Assembly (NCBI GenBank): GCA_964493145.1
Contig: CAZBMV010000001.1
Coordinates: 169,812-233,811, forward strand
DNA: 64,000 nucleotides
Reading direction: 5' to 3'
Source: an uncultured Candidatus Saccharibacteria bacterium
Lineage (GTDB): Bacteria > Patescibacteriota > Minisyncoccia > Phycocordibacterales > UBA918
The position numbers were made by a program, and so were the translations under genes. The notes under the pieces are model-generated. The model was not told the DNA's origin. It saw nothing but the letters and a program-made list of their open reading frames with translations, and did no database searches. This document shows positions 59,863 through 64,000 of this stretch, piece by piece. Position 1 is the stretch's first letter. Each line of letters starts with the position of its first letter.

Positions 59863-60312
59863 TTAACGGACGGCGCCGGAGATGATAATGCCGGATGCGG
59901 TAATGAAGACTCCGAGGACGAGCACGAGTGCACCGAGGAATGCGAGCGCCCGCTTGAGCATGGGATTCTCAGCACGACGGAGCACGTGCACGCCGAGCGC
60001 GAAGACGACAACAAGGAACGGCATGAGAATGAATACGTGCTCCTTTGCTTCCATAAAGAAGGAGTGTGCCCACGGGTACTCGCTCGCGAGGATGCGCGGT
60101 TTCACCGCAGTGCCGTAGTGGACGACGTAGTAGTACGCACCGGTCACCCATGAGGTGAAGAGGAGTACGACCGAGACCCACGCCGCTCTGATGATGAGTG
60201 TGTAGGGTGGAGTTCTACGAATGAGTTGCATGTACGCGAGGTGAAGCGCAATGAGGCCCGAGAGTCCGATGATGACGTGGGACACGAGCATTGAGGAAAG
60301 TAACGGAGACAT
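59863..60312 (-). CDS. 4-TM membrane protein with conserved-looking His residues
   Basis: SHVIIG, YYYVVHYG and WAHSFFMEAKEHVF motifs. Confidence 0.7.
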   Translation of the reverse strand: MSPLLSSMLVSHVIIGLSGLIALHLAYMQLIRRTPPYTLIIRAAWVSVVLLFTSWVTGAYYYVVHYGTAVKPRILASEYPWAHSFFMEAKEHVFILMPFLVVVFALGVHVLRRAENPMLKRALAFLGALVLVLGVFITASGIIISGAVR

Positions 60313-60314
60313 AC

Positions 60315-60818
60315 TTATGCGGTTTTATGTGGTACGTACTTTGCGTGAATGGCGCGAAGTACGAAGTAAATAATGACGATTGACGCGACGTACGTGAGTA
60401 CGACGCCCCATACGGGGTAGGCGTTGCCGCGGAGGACTCCCAAGATGAGCGCCGCGTACCATGAGGTGAGCGCAATGGCGCTCCCCCAGAGGAGCGGAAT
60501 GGCGCGGAGTTGAATGAGCGCGGCATTCAGTGCAATGATTGCGACGATACTGAGTTTCACCCAGAACTGTGGCGAGTAGAACCACTCATTGTTCTCGGCG
60601 ATACGCGCGAGAATGAGGAAGCCAAACCCTGAGAGAATGAGGACGTAAAATGCGATGCGGAGCACGTTATAACTAATTTGCATCGTCTTTCCTTCATCGG
60701 GGTCCATGACTCCGTCTCGTAGTGCATTAATAAAGAATATTTCTATGAAGGTCGCTCCACCGACACCAACCGCTGTCCCGATGATGTGGGTGAGGACCAG
60801 AAAATCGTACATTGACAT
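60315..60818 (-). CDS. 5-TM membrane protein (DUF2269/CopD-like)
   Basis: THIIGTAVGVGGATF, LSGFG and FWVKLSIV...N motifs. Confidence 0.65.
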   Translation of the reverse strand: MSMYDFLVLTHIIGTAVGVGGATFIEIFFINALRDGVMDPDEGKTMQISYNVLRIAFYVLILSGFGFLILARIAENNEWFYSPQFWVKLSIVAIIALNAALIQLRAIPLLWGSAIALTSWYAALILGVLRGNAYPVWGVVLTYVASIVIIYFVLRAIHAKYVPHKTA

Positions 60819-61354
60819 ACGTATGTATTGTGCGCTTCTGAAAACCGCTCCGCAATGAGTGCGTGTGCATAGAAACCAAGAGAACCCGCACACGTGCGGG
60901 TTCTCTTGTGGTTTGGCGGTGAGTGTATCACCTTTGCGCGAACCCACTTCGCACGCGCCGAGCGCGTGGTGGCTCGGGACTAATGCGTACGCTCCGATTG
61001 CGTGGTCTGCTCCGCCACTTCGTCCTCCAAAAACTCCGAAAGGTCGCAAAGTATCTATTGCTCCCAATCTCCGCTTTCTCCGTCCTTGTGGCGGCCCGAG
61101 GCGCTCCCGTAGCGAACCTGCGTGGTATCTATAGCGTCCGCTCACACTTCGCCGCGCCTCGCACTGGCCGCTCACATTCGTTCGCGATGCCTGCTCGGTG
61201 CGGCTTCGTGTTCGCTCGGCGACTTCGGTGGAGTTCGTTGTGCCTCTAAAAGGCGGATTGTGCCAAACTCACGAATGGCACAAGCAAATCATATTGCGCT
61301 TGCCCCAAACCCTCCCATGCGCGCGCAAGCCCGTCCGCTACGCGGACGACTCCC

Positions 61355-61789
61355 TCAACAAGACATTGAGTATGTTACGTAAACAAAAAGCAACACGTAG
61401 AATCCCAGAAACAGCCATGGTAGTTTCTTTTCCACCACAGTCAATTTCGCATAAACTTTTTTGTCTTTGCCATTCTTTAGTTTCTGCCACTCGTCTGTGT
61501 AAACTTTCCACGGTAGCTTTTCTTCCATTTCGTGAATTACAGCATATTTTGCTGAATTCAAACTGCGATAATTTTTGATAATTGATGCCCATACTACGCA
61601 AAGCAGCCCACCAAAAAGAGCGATGAGTAGATGAACTGGCGAAAAATCACTTTGAGTCGCCAAAAAAGCGAAGATAATAGAGTTGGCAGACAGAAAGATT
61701 TTATTCGCACCCTCTCGTCGAGCACTGATTCTGTCGGCCATCTCTACGGCCAGCTTGTATTGCTCAAATAAAATATCCTTATCTTGCAT
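61355..61789 (-). CDS. Small membrane protein (helical N-terminus, TM hairpin, C-terminal TM); putative pore or effector
   Basis: LFEQYKLAVEMADRISARREGAN and W...IKNYRSLNSAKY..IHEMEEKLP motifs. Confidence 0.75.
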   Translation of the reverse strand: MQDKDILFEQYKLAVEMADRISARREGANKIFLSANSIIFAFLATQSDFSPVHLLIALFGGLLCVVWASIIKNYRSLNSAKYAVIHEMEEKLPWKVYTDEWQKLKNGKDKKVYAKLTVVEKKLPWLFLGFYVLLFVYVTYSMSC

Positions 61790-61791
61790 GT

Positions 61792-62202
61792 TTAGTCCAA
61801 TTCACGGATTGCTGAAATGATAGGACTTGCGTTCCATCCGACTATCTTATCTGCATTATCTTTCACAACAGTTGATGTCTTCTCGCTACCCCAAGGCTGT
61901 ATAGCAAGAATCGGTTTTGGATTGGTAAAACCGCTGTTTGCCAATTGAATTTCTTTGTTTATCCATTTGCTGTATGTGGAGTAAACTCCTGCCAAGATGA
62001 CTATCACATCACAGAACTGCATGCGCTCTTTGATCGCCGCCAGTAACTCTTTGTCGGTACCAGCTTTATGAATCGGGTCGTCCTTCGGTACGGAGTAATT
62101 TCGATATGAGAAACGGGAATCACCATCAAGCATTTTAACCAACTTGTCGTATGCGTCGCCGTATGCCCATGAGTGACTGATGAAGATGTTGTAGGTTTTC
62201 AT
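61792..62202 (-). CDS. MTH538/ThsB-like TIR domain protein
   Basis: IFISHSW, SKWINKEI (catalytic Glu position), KPILAI and VGWN motifs. Confidence 0.85.
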   Translation of the reverse strand: MKTYNIFISHSWAYGDAYDKLVKMLDGDSRFSYRNYSVPKDDPIHKAGTDKELLAAIKERMQFCDVIVILAGVYSTYSKWINKEIQLANSGFTNPKPILAIQPWGSEKTSTVVKDNADKIVGWNASPIISAIRELD

Positions 62203-62203
62203 A

Positions 62204-62503
62204 TTAGTTTTTGTGTTGCTCGTTAAATTTAGGGCCTTCTTTTTTAATTATCTGTTTTTCTACTTGTAGCGCCCGCGGCTTATCTTTAACTTGGGCGATT
62301 TTGAATTTGGTTCCACCAGGGATGTGGTCTTTCTTGAACTTTAGATGATCTGTAAGACGTTGTTGGACATTCCCGCGACCTGCGACACCCGTGTATAGAT
62401 TTTTTCCAGCGCCATTTGTAATTTCATACACAATCGCCTTGTTTTTTGGTACGTTTCCTACGTTGGTCTTATTGAATTTCTGAGGACGATTGAACTTTGG
62501 CAT
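62204..62503 (-). CDS. Stand-alone GIY-YIG nuclease-like protein
   Basis: VY...LYTG...RL..H...E...PKFN pattern. Confidence 0.7.
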   Translation of the reverse strand: MPKFNRPQKFNKTNVGNVPKNKAIVYEITNGAGKNLYTGVAGRGNVQQRLTDHLKFKKDHIPGGTKFKIAQVKDKPRALQVEKQIIKKEGPKFNEQHKN

Positions 62504-62535
62504 GGTATTTATGTTAGCGAATAAATATGTGGATA

Positions 62536-62588
62536 AAGTATACTTGCTCCTGCATGATGTTTCAAGTATACTCAAATTGTATTTGAAA
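62536..62588. promoter_or_regulatory. Candidate operator in the divergent promoter region
   Basis: AAGTATACT twice (62536 and 62564); imperfect inverted repeat TTTCAAGTATA-N7-TGTATTTGAAA. Confidence 0.4.
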
Positions 62589-62608
62589 GAGATTTGAAAG
62601 TCAACCAT

Positions 62609-63274
62609 ATGATAACCCCAAAACAGAAGCAAATATACGACTTCATTGTTTCGTATTCCAAAGAGCACGGTTCCTCGCCCTCTTTGGAGGAGATTGCAGG
62701 CCATTTTGACTTTCTACAATACCCGTCATCGGCGCACTACCATGTTAAGAAGCTCCAAAGTGAGGGGTATTTGGAGCGCGAATCAAACCGACCACGTTCT
62801 ATTGGTATCTACGCGGATAAAACGGTCAAGACACCGATCTTTAGGAAAACTGGAATGGACGCGGTGCGAGTCCCGGTACTCGGTGCGGCAAACGCCGGAC
62901 CAGCAACACTCTTTGCGGAAGAGAATGTAGCCGGTTACTTAAAAGTGTCTCGTAGTACGCTCAATCGCCGCGACGGCGTTTTCGCGTTGCGCGTTGAGGG
63001 CGACTCTATGAACTGTGCAAAGATTGATGGAAAGAATCTTGAAGAAGGCGACTTCGTGCTAATTGACTCAACGTACCGAACGCCAAGAAATGGAGATTAT
63101 GTGCTTTCCGTTATTGACGATTGTGCGAATCTAAAGAAATTTCAAAGAGATCCGAAGACTGGGAATGTCATGCTTGTTTCTGAATCAAAAAATCCCAAAC
63201 ATAAGCCAATATATGTTTCGAGTGATGACGATTATATGGTCAATGGAAAGATCATTAAAGTGATAAAGAAATAA
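62609..63274 (+). CDS. LexA-like repressor (winged HTH plus S24 peptidase)
   Basis: TPKQKQIYDFI...PSLEEIA; ANAG cleavage site; GDSM Ser and LKK Lys. Confidence 0.9.
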   Translation: MITPKQKQIYDFIVSYSKEHGSSPSLEEIAGHFDFLQYPSSAHYHVKKLQSEGYLERESNRPRSIGIYADKTVKTPIFRKTGMDAVRVPVLGAANAGPATLFAEENVAGYLKVSRSTLNRRDGVFALRVEGDSMNCAKIDGKNLEEGDFVLIDSTYRTPRNGDYVLSVIDDCANLKKFQRDPKTGNVMLVSESKNPKHKPIYVSSDDDYMVNGKIIKVIKK

Positions 63275-63288
63275 TGTATAATAAAATT

Positions 63289-64000
63289 ATGGGCAAGAAC
63301 AATTTTTCAATAAATACCATCTTGCACGGTGATGCTGTGGAGATGATGAAAAAAATTCCAGACAATTCTGTTGATTTGGTGGTAACTTCACCTCCATATG
63401 ATACCCTCAGGAATTATACAGGGGACCTTACATTCGATCTGCATGAGACAGGTGTTCAAATTAAGAGAATTTTGAAAGACGGGGGCATCGCTGCTGTGGT
63501 TATACAAGATCAAACTAAAGATTTTGCAAAATCGCTAACCTCATTCCGAATGATTGTCGATTGGGTTGATAATGTTGGTTTACGTCTTTTTGAAAATGTC
63601 ATTTATCGCAAACATGGTACAGAGGGTGCTTGGTGGACGAAGCGTTTCCGTGTAGACCACGAATACATGCCAATTTTCCTAAAAGGTGCACGTCCTCAAT
63701 ATTTTGACAAAGAACCACTGAAAATACCCTCCAAGCATGGAGGAAAGGTTATGACAGGAAGCGGTAATAGAAGGACGGACGGGACGACCACAAAGACAAT
63801 TACCAGACCAATAAACGCCATGAAGTGCCGAGGAACAGTTTGGGATTATTTAATGGCGGGAGATAAAGATCCGCTCAAGCGACAACATCCGGCAGTCTTT
63901 CCAGATAAAATACCGTATGATTTTATTCAGTGTTTTTGTCCTCCAGATGGTGTCGTATTAGATCCGTTTGGTGGTTGTGGTTCTACTGCTGTTGCAGCAA
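63289..64000 (+). CDS. Site-specific DNA methyltransferase (N4-C/N6-A, beta class); runs off the window
   Basis: GDAVEMMKKIPDNSVDLVVTSPPY...HPAVFP...VLDPFGGCGST. Confidence 0.92.
   Translation, partial: MGKNNFSINTILHGDAVEMMKKIPDNSVDLVVTSPPYDTLRNYTGDLTFDLHETGVQIKRILKDGGIAAVVIQDQTKDFAKSLTSFRMIVDWVDNVGLRLFENVIYRKHGTEGAWWTKRFRVDHEYMPIFLKGARPQYFDKEPLKIPSKHGGKVMTGSGNRRTDGTTTKTITRPINAMKCRGTVWDYLMAGDKDPLKRQHPAVFPDKIPYDFIQCFCPPDGVVLDPFGGCGSTAVAA

Overview
Chromosomal window from a bacterium that looks like a Patescibacteria/CPR member (Parcubacteria-like). This is inferred from the absence of rpmD/L30 between rpsE and rplO, AU-rich leaders without Shine-Dalgarno (SD) sites on core genes, CPR-type surface proteins and fermentative xfp-ackA. 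TGA is used as a stop codon (code 11). The window holds the str/S10/spc ribosomal cluster (rpsL to secY), broken by terminators, internal promoters, structured leaders and orphan genes. It also holds a split comEC, sod, a nucleotide-kinase cluster, infC-rpmI-rplT, phosphoketolase and acetate kinase, a two-component pair, tmRNA with smpB, ftsH, an ABC exporter, recG and malic enzyme. Main highlights: (1) an AT-rich island at the right end with a tightly coupled GIY-YIG / ThsB-like TIR / 2-TM membrane protein operon, divergent from a LexA-like repressor and a DNA methyltransferase, which is a candidate anti-phage system; (2) tRNA-Ile with a UAU anticodon followed by two tandem orphan 3' halves; (3) a near-identical ~60-nt leader shared by fusA and rplT; (4) a sigma region-4 plus alpha-CTD fusion protein; (5) a dispersed hairpin element showing covariation; (6) two loci of His-rich membrane proteins. 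All calls come from reading the sequence by eye; no searches were run.
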